From Patescibacteria group bacterium (GTDB lineage Bacteria; Patescibacteriota; Patescibacteriia; Patescibacteriales; UBA12465): 64,000 nt of DNA. The stretch lies in NCBI GenBank assembly GCA_034002925.1, contig JAVEZP010000004.1, positions 16,626-80,625 of the forward strand, read 5' to 3'. Of the stretch, positions 63,749 through 64,000 are shown in pieces. The stretch's first letter is position 1. Each line of letters starts with the position of its first letter. The notes below the pieces were generated by a model. That model was not told where the DNA came from. It saw nothing but the letters and a program-made list of their open reading frames with translations, and did no database searches. A program made the translations under genes and the position numbers.

Positions 63749-64000
63749 ATGGTAGAAGATAACAAAAAAGTAGAAACTGGCGCTAGTGACCAAGAGGCCG
63801 CTAACGTTGTTGCTCAAAGTGTTTACGGTGAAAAAAAACGTCCAAAAGGTGGCAAAGGACCAAGACGTGATAACCGTGGACGTGATGAACGTCGTGATGA
63901 ATTTGAGCAACGTATTTTAGAAGTGGCTCGTGTGACTCGTGTTATGGCTGGTGGTAAGCGTATGAATTTCCGAGCTTGTGTTGCCATTGGTGATCGCAAG
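63749..64000 (+). CDS. rpsE: 30S ribosomal protein S5 (3'-truncated by window edge), with ~40-aa R/K/D-rich N-terminal extension
   Basis: ATG at 63749; EQRILEVARVTRVMAGGKRMNFRACVAIGD matches the S5 dsRBD start. Confidence 0.9.
   Translation, partial: MVEDNKKVETGASDQEAANVVAQSVYGEKKRPKGGKGPRRDNRGRDERRDEFEQRILEVARVTRVMAGGKRMNFRACVAIGDRK

Noticed and set aside
1-64000. Possible alternative genetic code (UGA recoding, as in some candidate phyla).
   Set aside because: TGA closes conserved ORFs at the expected ends (for example mreC at 13853 and the PilB-like ORF at 27401). Long conserved genes are uninterrupted under the standard code, and an RF2 gene with SPF and GGQ motifs is present.

Overview
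AT-rich, very gene-dense bacterial chromosome segment with about 80 protein genes, nearly all on the + strand; spacers are often under 30 nt or overlapping. The genetic code is standard: TAA, TAG and TGA all close conserved ORFs, and an unframeshifted RF2 gene is present. 5' third: secA (partial), a small accessory trio (NYN / deoxyribosyltransferase-like / acidic protein), ileS, a LemA-SPFH-HtpX block, ruvA, proS, mreBCD, sugar-nucleotide genes (PfkB kinase, RmlC-like, HIT, rmlB), an orphan receiver protein and a second mreB. Middle: a surface glycan/protease locus (three GT4, one GT2, DUF2304-like, UXS-like, a secreted subtilase with FG-GAP repeats, and a catalytically eroded PilB/GspE-like ATPase). 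This is followed by mraY-ftsW-murG-murC, an unknown gene, an ABC exporter, murB and alaS. 3' 25 kb: infA-rpmJ-rpsM-rpsK-rpsD-rpoA-rplQ-rplM-rpsI, a Fic insert, prfB, comEC, rpmB, an S2P protease, then rpsL-rpsG-fusA-(two unknown genes)-tuf, the S10 operon and the spc operon up to rpsE (partial). I saw no rRNA, tRNA, CRISPR array, transposase or integrase. The style fits a reduced Patescibacteria/CPR-like genome, which is inference only: no Shine-Dalgarno, minimal aaRS, alpha subunit without a CTD, r-proteins with K/E-rich tails, and a core-only ComEC. The most notable items are the dead PilB/GspE paralog ATGA-coupled to a GT2, the two unknown genes inside the str operon between fusA and tuf, the CTD-less RpoA, and structured non-coding spacers at rpsL, tuf and rpsJ-rplC. 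All calls come from by-eye motif recognition; no searches were run.
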